This document shows, in pieces, positions 38,645 through 49,467 of a stretch of DNA of 64,000 nt. Under the pieces are notes generated by a model. That model saw nothing but the letters and a program-made list of their open reading frames with translations. It was not told where the DNA came from and made no database searches. Numbering within the stretch: position 1 is the first letter of the stretch; each line of letters begins with the position of its first letter. The stretch comes from Candidatus Bathyarchaeota archaeon. Its GTDB lineage: Archaea; Thermoproteota; Bathyarchaeia; Bathyarchaeales; Bathycorpusculaceae. The stretch is taken from NCBI GenBank assembly GCA_963833575.1, contig CAWHXY010000007.1:544001-608000 (forward strand), given 5' to 3'. Both the position numbers and the translations under genes were made by a program.

Positions 38645-38790
38645 TCCTGATTTCTTAGAAATCCGCTATAATAAATGAAACTAACAAAGATTTAGCTATT
38701 CTTGCTCACTTGTTTGGCTATCGCTTAAATTTTTTCGAGTCGCTTAAATACAGATACAACTTATCCTCTAGCCCACTGGAGTATCAAGCT

Positions 38791-39480
38791 TTGAGTGAAA
38801 AACACGATTGGCAACACCTCTACATGCTCCTAAAACTCGCAGAGATGGGTGCTTACAAACGAACCGCTAAAATCTCAACAGAATACTTAGCGGGCAAACT
38901 TGGGATTTCACAGCAGACAGCTTCACGTTATCTCATAGAACTTGAACGGAAAGGATGGATACAAAGGAACATCACTCCAGAAGGCAGCTTAATTAAAATT
39001 GAAGAAGCTGGAACCAAAGAACTCCAGAAACTCTACTCAAACCTAAAATTTTTGGTTGAAAAATCTTATCCTCCTTCAGTGACCCTTGAAGGAACAGTCT
39101 TCACTGGCCTTGGCGAGGGCGCATACTACATTGCAAAAGAAGCATATCGTAAACAGTTTGCTGAAAAGTTAGGTTTTGAACCCTACCCAGGCACTCTTAA
39201 CTTAAGACTATCCAGTGATTATGACATTAAAACAAGGATGGAAATCGAAGCCTACCCAGCCGTTGAAGTTCCCGGCTTCAAGAATGAAGACCGAACTTTT
39301 GGCTTAGTCAAATGCTACCCGGCGACCATTGATAACAAGGTTAAAGGCGCTTTAATAACTGCGTTACGTAGCCATTATGATGTTTCAGTTCTGGAAATTA
39401 TTGCTCCTGTCTGCCTTAGAAGACAGTTGAACCTTAAAGATGGTAACAAGGTCAAAGTGGAAATTTATATTCAGCCATAA
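38791..39480 (+). CDS. ribK: CTP-dependent riboflavin kinase with N-terminal HTH (RbkR-type)
   Basis: SQQTASR HTH; GLGEGAYY, PYPGTLN, LEIIAP; TTG 38791 after GGAG. Confidence 0.92.
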   Translation: MSEKHDWQHLYMLLKLAEMGAYKRTAKISTEYLAGKLGISQQTASRYLIELERKGWIQRNITPEGSLIKIEEAGTKELQKLYSNLKFLVEKSYPPSVTLEGTVFTGLGEGAYYIAKEAYRKQFAEKLGFEPYPGTLNLRLSSDYDIKTRMEIEAYPAVEVPGFKNEDRTFGLVKCYPATIDNKVKGALITALRSHYDVSVLEIIAPVCLRRQLNLKDGNKVKVEIYIQP

Positions 39481-39481
39481 C

Positions 39482-40096
39482 CTAGAACGGCAAAGTTGTC
39501 GAATACGAGTATTTAACTGACTGCTGATCACTTGGCTTGCGCCTTGTAGCTATCCAGTAACCTATAATCAAACCGAAACCTAATCCGCCCAGATGCGCCA
39601 AAATGTTAACGCCCTCACCCGTATTGATAATAAATAGAAAGAACGCGAAAACCAATGCTCCTACTATAGATTGTCGAACAGAACGCCTAGCATAAATTAC
39701 AACTGCGCCAAACAATGCGAAAATTGCGCCTGAAGCCCCAACTGAAAGTAAGTCTGGTCCCAAAGCCAAAGAAAGAACGTTTCCTGCTAAGCCTCCAATT
39801 AAGTAGATTCCAAGGTATTCTGGCAGAGAGAACATTTCTTCTGCTCTTAAACCGAAAATAAACAGAAACAGCATGTTGCCGCCGATGTGTGCTATTGACG
39901 CGTGGACAAACATGGATGTGAAAAGCTGATAATACGCACCATTATAGAACACATCGCCATTGAGTTGGTACAGCGGGGGTATACCATTGAAGTTTGTGCT
40001 TACCCAGTTGCCGCCAACTATAGATGTGTAAATGTATACTGCGATGTTGAGTGCGATCAGAATAATGGTGGGCTTGTACTTTATTGAATTTGGCAT
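39482..40096 (-). CDS. Rhomboid intramembrane serine protease
   Basis: TSMFVH..HIGGNM, GASGA, AHLGG. Confidence 0.92.
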   Translation of the reverse strand: MPNSIKYKPTIILIALNIAVYIYTSIVGGNWVSTNFNGIPPLYQLNGDVFYNGAYYQLFTSMFVHASIAHIGGNMLFLFIFGLRAEEMFSLPEYLGIYLIGGLAGNVLSLALGPDLLSVGASGAIFALFGAVVIYARRSVRQSIVGALVFAFFLFIINTGEGVNILAHLGGLGFGLIIGYWIATRRKPSDQQSVKYSYSTTLPF

Positions 40097-40108
40097 TTTG
40101 TATGACCG

Positions 40109-40573
40109 TTAGTTTTTGGCGAGTTTGTCGATAATTTTCTGTTTTATCTTTGATGAACTATCTAAAGTATTCTCTCCAAACTTGCTTATTCTAACAATCT
40201 TAATGTGGGCTTTATGTGAATCAACATATTTGCGTACTTGTTGTTCCATGTCCTCTTGATCGTATCCTAACGCAATAACGTCTGGCTTAATGTTCTCAAT
40301 GACTTCGCCTATGTCGAGACTCTCATGGCCAAGCACTACTTCGTCAACAACTTTCAGAGATTCAACCAGTGCACATCTCTGTTCCTCAGACATTATGGGT
40401 TTTTTACCTTTCATTTTCTCTACCGTGCTATCTCTTGCAATGACAACAACCAACTCGGCATTTGCGCCCCCTGCTTTCTTGGCGTCTTCCAAAAACTTAA
40501 CGTGCCCCAAATGAAGCAGGTCAAAAACGCCTGAAGCTAAGACAATGGTTTTCTTTCCTGATTTGTTGGCCAT
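40109..40573 (-). CDS. ribL: FAD synthase (cytidylyltransferase family)
   Basis: GVFDLLHLGH, VIARD, LGYDQ, SSSKIK. Confidence 0.88.
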   Translation of the reverse strand: MANKSGKKTIVLASGVFDLLHLGHVKFLEDAKKAGGANAELVVVIARDSTVEKMKGKKPIMSEEQRCALVESLKVVDEVVLGHESLDIGEVIENIKPDVIALGYDQEDMEQQVRKYVDSHKAHIKIVRISKFGENTLDSSSKIKQKIIDKLAKN

Positions 40574-40824
40574 TCAAATTTCACAGCGCCCAATAATCTT
40601 AAAGCATCTAAGAGCCCTTCACAGTAAGCAACTGAGGTTAGGCTTGTTTCAAGCTTGCCTTTAGCCTTATAATACTTTGCGTCCTCCAAATAGTCAGCAG
40701 CCCAACGCAAAATATTGCCTATCGCGTCGTCAGTTAGGCTAATGGGTGTTTTTGTTCGCTCAAGTTCTTTTATCACTTTTTCTGCAGAATCGATATATTT
40801 TGCCGCAAGAGTTTCAAGGTTCAC
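40537..40824 (-). CDS. DUF357-family protein
   Basis: YLEDAKYY..YCEGLLDALRLLG; sits between dph5 and ribL. Confidence 0.85.
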   Translation of the reverse strand: MNLETLAAKYIDSAEKVIKELERTKTPISLTDDAIGNILRWAADYLEDAKYYKAKGKLETSLTSVAYCEGLLDALRLLGAVKFEWPTNQERKPLS

Positions 40825-41618
40825 TTAGCAAGCCTCCTAAACTCTGCTGGTGCACCCCCAAAAGCGATTAACGAATCAATTTCCATAAAATGCAGATCGC
40901 CTGGAAAAATTAAGCTGTAGGGTGGCTCCCCGAAGTTAAATGCAGCTAAGTCTTTTAGAAAGTCTGCTTTGATTGTTGGATTGTCGCTACCTGCTCGTGC
41001 AATTCCAACTGCAGGAGTACTCGACGTTATGACGCCTTGATTTTTCTTTTTCTCGACCTCAAGCAGCATTACGATGGCTTGGTCGATGCTTAGGAAGTGT
41101 TTCTCGGTTGCTTTCAAATCTAAAAGGCAAAGAGTATGCAATCCCAGCGTTTTGTTTTGTGCGATAACGTTGTAGGGTGTTTCCGAAAAGTTTTCTGGAA
41201 ATGGGACGGTAACTGTTTTTCCAAATTTGTAATTATGCAGTCCTGAGAGGCTAACAATTGCTGAAATTATTGATGTGCCATGAATAATTCGAGTTTTTAT
41301 TCCCTGATTTTCAGCATCAATACGCAATGTCACATGGGTTGTTGCAATAAACGGATCTCCCGGAACTAGAAACAATGTCTTCCCTTTTTTTGCGGCTTCA
41401 AGAATCATACTGCCGTTTTCTTCTTCAAGATCATTTCTTGAAACTAATTTTATTTTTTTCCCGCATAAGCCTTCAAAACGTTGTAGGCTAAAGTCGGACA
41501 TGAGGCTCGTGTAGAGTTCAATAAAAACGCTGTCTGCGTTTTTGACTTCTTCTAAACCTTTAACGCTTATGCCTTTTTCATCGTTTAATCCTAAGCCTAC
41601 GAAGACAAGTTCATTCAA
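40821..41618 (-). CDS. dph5: Diphthine synthase
   Basis: FVGLGL, ELYTS, GDPFIATTH, YKFGKT, GLHTLCLLD, LHFME. Confidence 0.95.
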   Translation of the reverse strand: MNELVFVGLGLNDEKGISVKGLEEVKNADSVFIELYTSLMSDFSLQRFEGLCGKKIKLVSRNDLEEENGSMILEAAKKGKTLFLVPGDPFIATTHVTLRIDAENQGIKTRIIHGTSIISAIVSLSGLHNYKFGKTVTVPFPENFSETPYNVIAQNKTLGLHTLCLLDLKATEKHFLSIDQAIVMLLEVEKKKNQGVITSSTPAVGIARAGSDNPTIKADFLKDLAAFNFGEPPYSLIFPGDLHFMEIDSLIAFGGAPAEFRRLAK

Positions 41619-41660
41619 GTTGAAGCCCTTGTAAGTAATTGGGAAGTTGAAATTTTAAAG

Positions 41661-41846
41661 TTATTTCTCTTTGATTTCGCCTTTTTTGACCAGTTGATCA
41701 TAGTAAACGCGGCATGTATCTATGGAGATTCCATGCCTTTGGCAGTAAATGGTAAGAACTTCTTCAACTGGTTCATCTGGCTTTCTATTCTTGATCATGT
41801 CCTTTAATTCTTGAATTTTGTGTTGCTTATCAAATTTCTCGCTCAT
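41661..41846 (-). CDS. Small hypothetical protein
   Basis: 61 aa, RBS GGAGGAG. Confidence 0.65.
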   Translation of the reverse strand: MSEKFDKQHKIQELKDMIKNRKPDEPVEEVLTIYCQRHGISIDTCRVYYDQLVKKGEIKEK

Positions 41847-41983
41847 CTACATCTCCTCCATTCCTTAAGGTATTTCGTGCGTTCTCTGCTTGATTATTCT
41901 CATGCTGTTTTATAAAAGTTAAAAAGTTCAAACCAAAAAACAAACAGATAGACTTGGCGATTTGATATTATTAAAGTCTGAAG

Positions 41984-42622
41984 TCAGTTGATATTGGGAA
42001 CTCTGTTTGTTGTCTTAAGAACCGAACCTATACTTCTGTTTCGTTGAAATCTAAACGTTGAAATTCCAACCAAGAAACCTAAAGCGATAGCTCCGGAAAC
42101 TGCAATCAAGCAATATCTGACCCAGGTTATTGGTGTTTTGGGAATTGCAACATAATAAGAATGATTAGCCTGACCAGTTGCGTTGTGAAATGAATTACCC
42201 CACCAATTACTCGCTCTAATAATGGTTCCATCACCAGGATAAGGAAAAGTTGCTTCACCACTCTCATCTGTAAACACCGTTAACGGATGCATACCATTCC
42301 GAGTTATCGTAACAGTTGCATTATCCACCAAAAAAATGTTGAAGTTTCCTGCTGCTACTCCAACCGTTACATTTTCTCCAACCCTTGGGTTTTCAGGCGA
42401 TACTGAAATTATCCACCAGCCCTCTTGAGTATTTCCAACTCCAAAAACCCACCAGAATGGAACACCAAAAGCTTGAATTAATAATAATAACACGACAAAA
42501 AAAGTTAAGGCTCCACAAAGAAAACTGTAGCCTATGTTTCTTTTTACCATGACAGCTTTTAGAAGACAATCGATATTAAAGCTTGTCAAAAAAGTTGACT
42601 CATCAGTTTTTTGGTCAAACAC
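41984..42622 (-). CDS. Membrane-anchored protein with Ig/prealbumin-like domain
   Basis: N- and C-terminal TM segments; PENPRVGENVTV, FTDESGEATF; start may be the ATG at 42550. Confidence 0.65.
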   Translation of the reverse strand: MFDQKTDESTFLTSFNIDCLLKAVMVKRNIGYSFLCGALTFFVVLLLLIQAFGVPFWWVFGVGNTQEGWWIISVSPENPRVGENVTVGVAAGNFNIFLVDNATVTITRNGMHPLTVFTDESGEATFPYPGDGTIIRASNWWGNSFHNATGQANHSYYVAIPKTPITWVRYCLIAVSGAIALGFLVGISTFRFQRNRSIGSVLKTTNRVPNIN

Positions 42623-42640
42623 TTGAATAATCTGCTCTAA

Positions 42641-42668
42641 GTGTTCCAGATCTGGAACACAGTGTTCC
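42641..42668. promoter_or_regulatory. Perfect 20-bp palindrome plus third half-site (motif copy 2)
   Basis: gtgttccagatctggaacac is self-complementary and overlaps ggaacac-a-gtgttcc; lies between divergent genes. Confidence 0.65.
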
Positions 42669-42703
42669 TTGAATAGAATTAAAAGTCACATAGGAGTCAT
42701 TGA

Positions 42704-44056
42704 TTGCCTGAGATGACCATGAGAAAGGCAATCATTCGCTTAGTTACAGTTGTTTTAGTAATTCTAGCTTCAAGTTTAGTTTTATTCTCGTTTGCCTTTG
42801 AAATGCCGTTAGTTGTTTCAGGAGCAAAGATTTCCGTCGCGTTGTCTTCACCAGTTGAGCTACAATACAATCTAACCGGCGAAGCTGGGTACTCAGTTTT
42901 TCAGCTTGCAGATGGAAGCTTAGTTCTAAACACCGCTAACCAAAACTTCACTTATCTTATAAAAATTGACTCTTCGAACCACGTGTTGTGGACAAAAACA
43001 ATTCAGATCGAGCAAAAAAGTACGGTTCTTTCCCGCCTTCTGCCTACAAGTGATGGAGGATATCTTTTGGCGGGAATCGTCGATAACTTTTATGCGTTAG
43101 TCAAAACCGATTCGCAGGGCAACATTCAATGGACTAAAATGTTCAGTTCAGGAGCGCCTGTAAACTACTTCATGTCGATTATTCAAACCCGCGACGGAGG
43201 TTATGCTATTGCGGGTTTCGGCGAGAAAGTTGAGGAGAGCGAGGGCTGGATCTGGTTTGCAAAAACTGATTCATCTGGAAACATGGATTGGAATGAGACG
43301 ATTTCTGGGCCAACAGCGGATTGTCCATCGACTGTCTTTCAAACTTCTGACGGTGGATATCTATTGTCCGATGTTAGTTATTCCTTTGTTCCGAATCAGG
43401 CCTTCTTCGCGCTAATCAAAATGAACGCTAACGGAAAAGTACTTGGAAAAACAACTTATGGCGGCTCGGGCTATTACTTTCAACCTGAATGTAACATTGC
43501 TATAACCACAAAAGACGGTGGATACTTAATGGCAGGTTATCTTTGGCAAAAGAGCGCATGGATACTCAAAACTGATGCCCAAGGCAGCATGCGTTGGAAC
43601 CAAACCTACGGCACCGACGGCAGCTCGGTAACCTCCGTGCTTGAAACCCAAAGCGGAGGATTCCTTCTGTTAGATATTTCAAATCTAACCAATGCTGGGT
43701 TAATTATGACTGACAAATTAGGCAACGAACTTTGGAACACGACGTTGCCAGGAGTTACCTTGCCTGTGGGATTAGAGGCAAACTTTAATTCAATTATCAA
43801 CGCCAAAGACGGCGGGTACATCATGGTAGGTTCAAAAAATCATTCTGTATGGCTGGCAAAACTTGACTACCAACAAAACGGATCCATTGTCTCTCAACTG
43901 TTTTCGCTTAAGAACTTAGCATTGGCACTAGAAATTGCACTTATAGCAGCTTTGACAATAATTATTGTTAGATTTAAAATAAAAAGAAAAGTCAAGAACG
44001 ATAATGATCAAAACGGTTCAATTGTTCAAAATAAACCGTGTAGATACCCAATGTAA
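42704..44056 (+). CDS. Membrane-anchored beta-propeller surface protein
   Basis: Repeated TxDGGY..G / KTDxxGNxxWxxT units; signal peptide and C-terminal TM. Confidence 0.85.
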   Translation: MPEMTMRKAIIRLVTVVLVILASSLVLFSFAFEMPLVVSGAKISVALSSPVELQYNLTGEAGYSVFQLADGSLVLNTANQNFTYLIKIDSSNHVLWTKTIQIEQKSTVLSRLLPTSDGGYLLAGIVDNFYALVKTDSQGNIQWTKMFSSGAPVNYFMSIIQTRDGGYAIAGFGEKVEESEGWIWFAKTDSSGNMDWNETISGPTADCPSTVFQTSDGGYLLSDVSYSFVPNQAFFALIKMNANGKVLGKTTYGGSGYYFQPECNIAITTKDGGYLMAGYLWQKSAWILKTDAQGSMRWNQTYGTDGSSVTSVLETQSGGFLLLDISNLTNAGLIMTDKLGNELWNTTLPGVTLPVGLEANFNSIINAKDGGYIMVGSKNHSVWLAKLDYQQNGSIVSQLFSLKNLALALEIALIAALTIIIVRFKIKRKVKNDNDQNGSIVQNKPCRYPM

Positions 44057-44118
44057 TTTCAGTTTAATGTTTTTTAAATAATTTTTCTAAAATCATAAAT
44101 ATTGAGCTTTTAGGTTTT

Positions 44119-44135
44119 GGATGGAGCATCCAACC
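44119..44135. promoter_or_regulatory. Candidate corrinoid-regulon operator, copy 2
   Basis: ggatggagcatccaacc immediately upstream of TATA tttatat (44141) of cobD-cbiB. Confidence 0.65.
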
Positions 44136-44208
44136 AAACATTTATATCATTTACGTTTAAAAGAAACCTACGCATTTCAGCTCCATGGTTGAGGATTGAA
44201 TACCAAAG

Positions 44209-45339
44209 ATGAAGCCCATAGAAAACTTGGCTAGAGACACCATAAGGAACCTTAAGCCGTGCATTCATGGCGGAGAGGTTTTGGATGCTGCAGACAAAAG
44301 CGGGCTTAAACGGGATGAAATTTTGGATTTTAGTTCAAGCGTCAATCCTTTAGGTCCATCAAAAAAAGCGCTTGAGGCAGCCAAAAAAGCTTTCAGCCAA
44401 ATTTCAGCCTACCCTGATTCAAATTCAAATGAGTTACGGGAGGCTATTGCAAGTCACTTCACATCATTAACCAAAGACAACGTTATTATGGGAAATGGCT
44501 CTACGGAACTCATGTATTTGTTCGCTGAAACTTTCCTGAACAAAGGCGACAAAGCCCTTATTCCGACACCCACATTTGGAGAATATGAAGGCGCGGTCAA
44601 GAAAGCAGGAGAAACACCCAAATTTATAAAGCTAAACAAAAGTTTTAACATTGAAAAATCAACATTTGCAAATGAAATAGCCGGAGCCAAAATTGTCTTC
44701 TTATGCAACCCAAATAATCCAACAAGTATGCTCATTCCATCAGAAACCCTAACAGAAATAATTGAGAATGCTTTAGAGCAAAATAGCCTCATTTTTCTTG
44801 ATGAAGATTTTTTGGAGTTTGTAGAAAACGAAAAAGCACTTTCAATGATTGGCAAAATCAACAAGTATCCAAACTTGTTTATCCTGAGGTCTTTCACCAA
44901 AATTTTTGGTTTAACCGGCTTGCGCATTGGCTACGGAATCGCCAACGATGAAATAATTAATTTGTTATCATGTGCCAAGATTCCTTGGAACGTTAACTGT
45001 TTAGCGCAAGCGGCTGCTGTTGCTGCATTAAAAGATGAGGATCATCTGAAGATAACACGGGAACTTATCAAAAAAGAGAAAGCAAAACTATTAAGCAAAC
45101 TTGAAGAAATCAGGTCATTCAAGATTTTTCCTTCAGACGCCAACTTTTTCTTTATAGATATACGCAAATCTGGCCTGACAGCTGCTCAATTGGCAAGCAA
45201 ACTTTTGAGCGAGGGCATTTTAATTCGAGACTGTACCTCTTTTAGAGGACTCGACACATACTTTGTTCGTATAGCCGTCAAAACTCAGGCGGAGAATGAA
45301 CGGTTGATTGAGATTTTTAAGCGCATAGTAAAGACCTAA
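44209..45339 (+). CDS. cobD: Threonine-phosphate decarboxylase (HisC/CobD family PLP enzyme)
   Basis: HGG, DFSSSVNPLG, CNPNNPT, RSFTKIFGLTGLRIGY, IRDC; next to cbiB. Confidence 0.85.
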   Translation: MKPIENLARDTIRNLKPCIHGGEVLDAADKSGLKRDEILDFSSSVNPLGPSKKALEAAKKAFSQISAYPDSNSNELREAIASHFTSLTKDNVIMGNGSTELMYLFAETFLNKGDKALIPTPTFGEYEGAVKKAGETPKFIKLNKSFNIEKSTFANEIAGAKIVFLCNPNNPTSMLIPSETLTEIIENALEQNSLIFLDEDFLEFVENEKALSMIGKINKYPNLFILRSFTKIFGLTGLRIGYGIANDEIINLLSCAKIPWNVNCLAQAAAVAALKDEDHLKITRELIKKEKAKLLSKLEEIRSFKIFPSDANFFFIDIRKSGLTAAQLASKLLSEGILIRDCTSFRGLDTYFVRIAVKTQAENERLIEIFKRIVKT

Positions 45340-45358
45340 CACGGTTTGATATTGACCC

Positions 45359-46318
45359 ATGTTTGCTTTTGATCTCTCTTTATTTGTTGATTCCGTGTTG
45401 ATTTTCGTCTTAGCCTTTCTAATTGATGCAGTCCTAGGCGAGTACCCTGACAGAATTCACCCCACAATCGGAATTGGCAAAATAATAGCATATCTTAAGC
45501 CGAAAGCTAAAAATGTTAATCCCCGAATTGAAAAAGCAAACGGCGTACTCTTAGCCATAACCATTATGCTGGTTGTTTCGCTTCCCGTATTTGCCTTGCT
45601 TTTTTGGCTACGAACTTCATTCGGCTCCATACCCTACATTATTGTTGGTGCGATTTTGTTTAAAGCAACTTTTGCAGTCAAAGGCATGGGCCAATATACC
45701 AAACCTATTGCTTCGGCACTCAAAAAGAATGATTTAGTTGAAGCCCGCAAATGGCTGCCCTTTATCGTTAGACGAGATCCAAACACGCTTGGAGAAAAAC
45801 AAATCATTTCCGCTGCAGTAGAATCCATTGCAGAAAGCACGACAGACGGAATAACGGCACCCTTCTTCTTCTTTGCGATTTTCGGTGTTCCTGGTGCCTT
45901 CGCATATCGTGTAATTAATACATTGGATTCAATGGTCGGCTATAAAGATGTTGAAAACAAAAACATCGGCTGGTTCTCCGCAAAACTTGACACCATCACT
46001 AACTACATACCCACCAGACTAACAGGCTATCTGATGGTTGCGGCTGCATTTCTGTTAAGAGAAAACTGGCGTGAGTCATGGCGCATTCTTCATAGAGATA
46101 AAGGAAAAACTATGAGCGTAAACGCAGGCTGGACCATCTCAGCTATGGCTGGAGCCTTAGACACCCAACTGGAAAAGCAAGGTCACTACACTTTAGGTGA
46201 CGACCATGGCATTTCATCAGAACACATTTCAAGAGCTTTGCGGATGATGACGTTAACCGCCGTTCTTTTCGGTATAGTCATAGTTCTACCGATTTTGGCC
46301 TTAAGAGTTAATATCTAA
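45359..46318 (+). CDS. cbiB: Adenosylcobinamide-phosphate synthase
   Basis: GEYP..HP, ESIAESTTDG, YRVINTLDSMVGY, NAGW, MAGAL. Confidence 0.93.
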   Translation: MFAFDLSLFVDSVLIFVLAFLIDAVLGEYPDRIHPTIGIGKIIAYLKPKAKNVNPRIEKANGVLLAITIMLVVSLPVFALLFWLRTSFGSIPYIIVGAILFKATFAVKGMGQYTKPIASALKKNDLVEARKWLPFIVRRDPNTLGEKQIISAAVESIAESTTDGITAPFFFFAIFGVPGAFAYRVINTLDSMVGYKDVENKNIGWFSAKLDTITNYIPTRLTGYLMVAAAFLLRENWRESWRILHRDKGKTMSVNAGWTISAMAGALDTQLEKQGHYTLGDDHGISSEHISRALRMMTLTAVLFGIVIVLPILALRVNI

Positions 46319-46515
46319 ACTTGGGCAAAGAAATCAAATCTATGATAAAAAATAATTTCAATTAATGAAGCGACTTTTTTTTATGCTTTGAATGCATGAT
46401 TTTTGGGGTAAGAAAGTTCCATTATTTGAAAATTAAGGTAAGCCACAGGTTTAGCATAATGTTATATATTAATAGTTAACAAAGTAGTCGTATCAATTTG
46501 TAGGAGAAAAGAAAA

Positions 46516-49449
46516 ATGCAAATTAATAAAAACAGAATTTTAGCTATCGCAATCGTTATTTTGTTAATGTCTTCAATTTCATTTTCAACGATGCTAATAC
46601 CGAAGGCTAGCGCACATACACCAGCATGGCAGATTCCAACTTTCGCATACATTGTCGCAGAACCTAACCCTATAGGTGTAGGTCAGTCACTTTTCGTTTA
46701 TCTTTGGCTTGACGCCGTTTACGGAGCAGCCGGGGGAACAACTGCCACCATAGGCACGAATGCTTCAACCGCCAGCGCAGCGCTGACCGCAAACAACTAC
46801 AGATTCCAAAACTTCCAAGTCGTCATAACAGCTCCTGATGGTACAAAACAAACAAAGAATTTCGCTTTTATCTCAGACCCAACATCATCGCAGCTATTTT
46901 CCTTTACACCGTCTCAGGTTGGCACTTACAATTTCAACTTTACTTTCCCAGGGCAAGTCTATGGCGCTGGTGGTAATGGTTATGAAAAATCACCGATTTT
47001 TGGCGACACTTATCTGCCAAGTTCAGCATCAACAACACTTAATGTGCAACAAAACCCAATACCCGCAGCCGAAGGCAGTACCCCTCTTCCATCTGAATAC
47101 TGGGCACACCCAATATATGGCGAGGGCACTGATTGGTGGGCAATTTCATCAGACTGGCTTGGTTCAGGTTCACCAGTTCCAGCAGGCTACACTACATCCG
47201 CTATCTATCATGGCGATGCAATAGGACCTCAAACTCCGCATGTGATGTGGACAAAGCCACTTCAATTTGGAGGAGTTGTCGCAGGAAATCCATTTGTCTC
47301 CGGAGGCTCAACTCCTGGTAACGGTGGGGTTCAAGGAGCCCAATACTTCGAAGGCACTTCTTACGAGCCAAGATTCGTCAATCCCATAATAATCAGCGGA
47401 TACCTCTACTACACAGAACCAGTATCATTCACAGGACCAAGCAGCGGACCAACAGACTGCGTAGATCTTCGCACAGGACAGGTTATTTGGTCTAGATCCG
47501 ATGTGCCACCGCTCTCATTTGGCTACATATACAACCTTTGGAATGGCGAACAACACGGAACTTTCCCACCAATTCTATTCACAGCCAACTTTGCGCAAGC
47601 TTTCGATGCATACACAGGAGACCCATTGTTCAACGTAACAAATGTTCCTTCGGGGACAGCAGTAGCAGGTCCAAGTGGCGAACAATTAAGATATGTGTTT
47701 ACGAACGCAGGCTCCGCAACTAATCCACAGTGGTATTTGGCCCAGTGGAACTCATCCAGACTTTGGCAATACGATGTAAATCCATATACTGGCGGTGGAA
47801 GTCTGAATCCATCCATTATCAACGCAAGCAACCTGGTCCTCGTTTCGACTACTCCAATTAATCCAAATACAGGCACTACAGGCACCATTCCGACTTCAAC
47901 TGGTGGAACCACCGTTCCGGTTCCTTATGGTTCTTCATTCACAGTCAATGCAAACATTCCTATCAACTCCACAACGCTCGGAGGAGAGATTCTAGGAACA
48001 ACAGCCAAAATTGCTGGTCCTGGCATCAACACTTATGACTGGAACGTTTCGTTACCTTGGCTCAATACCATGCCTTTAGGTTTACTGGTAACTGTGGGGC
48101 CCAGCGGATCAACAGTTTCACCGGCACCTGCGGGATCAAATCCTGTAACGGTAGTCGCAGCTAACACCGGCGATGTGATGCTTTGCAGAAACGGCTCTTT
48201 GCCCATTGGTTTCATGAGAACTTACAGCGGCGTCCCACAACTTCCCTATACATTATTTGCAGTTAACCTAAACGCTTCTAGAGGTGCAATCGGTACGATA
48301 TTATGGATGCAGAATTATGATCCCCCAGCAGGCAACCTCACGCTCGCTATACAAGGAGTTGACTGGCAAAACCGTGTCTTCATCGTCAATTACGGGGAAA
48401 CTATGCAATGGGTAGGATACAGTCTGGATACAGGCAACAAATTATGGGGTCCAACCATATCTCAAGCACCCTTTGACTACTATACGACAAGCTACCGATG
48501 TTTGATAGCTTACGGCAATCTCTACAGCATGGGCTATGCAGGAATATGTTACTGCTTTAATGATTTGACAGGAAATCTAAAATGGACCTACGGAAACGGC
48601 GGATCCGGTAACAGTACTAACGCTGGCCTAAACGTCTTTTACGGTGATTACCCCACAATGATGGAGTCAGTCGCCAATGGAGTATTATACACAGCTACTT
48701 CTGAACACACAATGCCTAACCCGTTTTACAAAGGTTGCACATATCGCGCTATTAACGCCACTGACGGAACAGAAATATGGCAGCTATCAGGATACCCCAG
48801 CGAATGGTCCACCCCTGGCAGTGAATGGGCAACAGCAGATGGCTTTATTGCATGCATGAACGGTCTTGACAACAACATTTACAGTATAGGCAGAGGACCA
48901 AGCGCTACCACAGTTACAGCGCCAAATACTGGCTTATCCTTTGGATCATCAGTAGTAATACGTGGTACAGTAATGGACATTTCTGCAGGCACAAAACAAA
49001 ACACACAGGCAGCTGATTTTCCAAATGGCGTTCCAGTTGCATCAGATGCAAGCATGAAGGATTGGATGGGATATGTCTATCAGCAAAAACCGCTCCCAAC
49101 CAACTTCACCGGCGTTCCAGTGACAATAGCCGTACTCGATTCCAATGGCAACTATAGAAATATTGGCACCACAACTACAGATGCAACCGGCATGTATACT
49201 ATATCATGGAAGCCCGACATTACTGGTAATTTCACAGTTGTAGCCACTTTCCAAGGCTCCAACGGTTACTGGCCATCACACTCAGAAACAAGTTTTGCAG
49301 TCGATCCAGCGGGGCCAACAGCCTCTCCATATCCTGTTATTAGTTTGCCACCGACTGAAATGTACGTCATGGGAACAGGAATTGCAATAATAATTGCAAT
49401 CGCTATAGTAGGCGCAATAGTCGTACTAATGCTAAGGAAACGACCATAA
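46516..49449 (+). CDS. Large membrane-anchored PQQ-like beta-propeller surface protein (paralog 1)
   Basis: Signal peptide, W-containing propeller repeats, C-terminal Ig-like domain, TM + RKRP. Confidence 0.85.
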   Translation: MQINKNRILAIAIVILLMSSISFSTMLIPKASAHTPAWQIPTFAYIVAEPNPIGVGQSLFVYLWLDAVYGAAGGTTATIGTNASTASAALTANNYRFQNFQVVITAPDGTKQTKNFAFISDPTSSQLFSFTPSQVGTYNFNFTFPGQVYGAGGNGYEKSPIFGDTYLPSSASTTLNVQQNPIPAAEGSTPLPSEYWAHPIYGEGTDWWAISSDWLGSGSPVPAGYTTSAIYHGDAIGPQTPHVMWTKPLQFGGVVAGNPFVSGGSTPGNGGVQGAQYFEGTSYEPRFVNPIIISGYLYYTEPVSFTGPSSGPTDCVDLRTGQVIWSRSDVPPLSFGYIYNLWNGEQHGTFPPILFTANFAQAFDAYTGDPLFNVTNVPSGTAVAGPSGEQLRYVFTNAGSATNPQWYLAQWNSSRLWQYDVNPYTGGGSLNPSIINASNLVLVSTTPINPNTGTTGTIPTSTGGTTVPVPYGSSFTVNANIPINSTTLGGEILGTTAKIAGPGINTYDWNVSLPWLNTMPLGLLVTVGPSGSTVSPAPAGSNPVTVVAANTGDVMLCRNGSLPIGFMRTYSGVPQLPYTLFAVNLNASRGAIGTILWMQNYDPPAGNLTLAIQGVDWQNRVFIVNYGETMQWVGYSLDTGNKLWGPTISQAPFDYYTTSYRCLIAYGNLYSMGYAGICYCFNDLTGNLKWTYGNGGSGNSTNAGLNVFYGDYPTMMESVANGVLYTATSEHTMPNPFYKGCTYRAINATDGTEIWQLSGYPSEWSTPGSEWATADGFIACMNGLDNNIYSIGRGPSATTVTAPNTGLSFGSSVVIRGTVMDISAGTKQNTQAADFPNGVPVASDASMKDWMGYVYQQKPLPTNFTGVPVTIAVLDSNGNYRNIGTTTTDATGMYTISWKPDITGNFTVVATFQGSNGYWPSHSETSFAVDPAGPTASPYPVISLPPTEMYVMGTGIAIIIAIAIVGAIVVLMLRKRP

Positions 49450-49467
49450 AAAACATTCAAACCCTCA

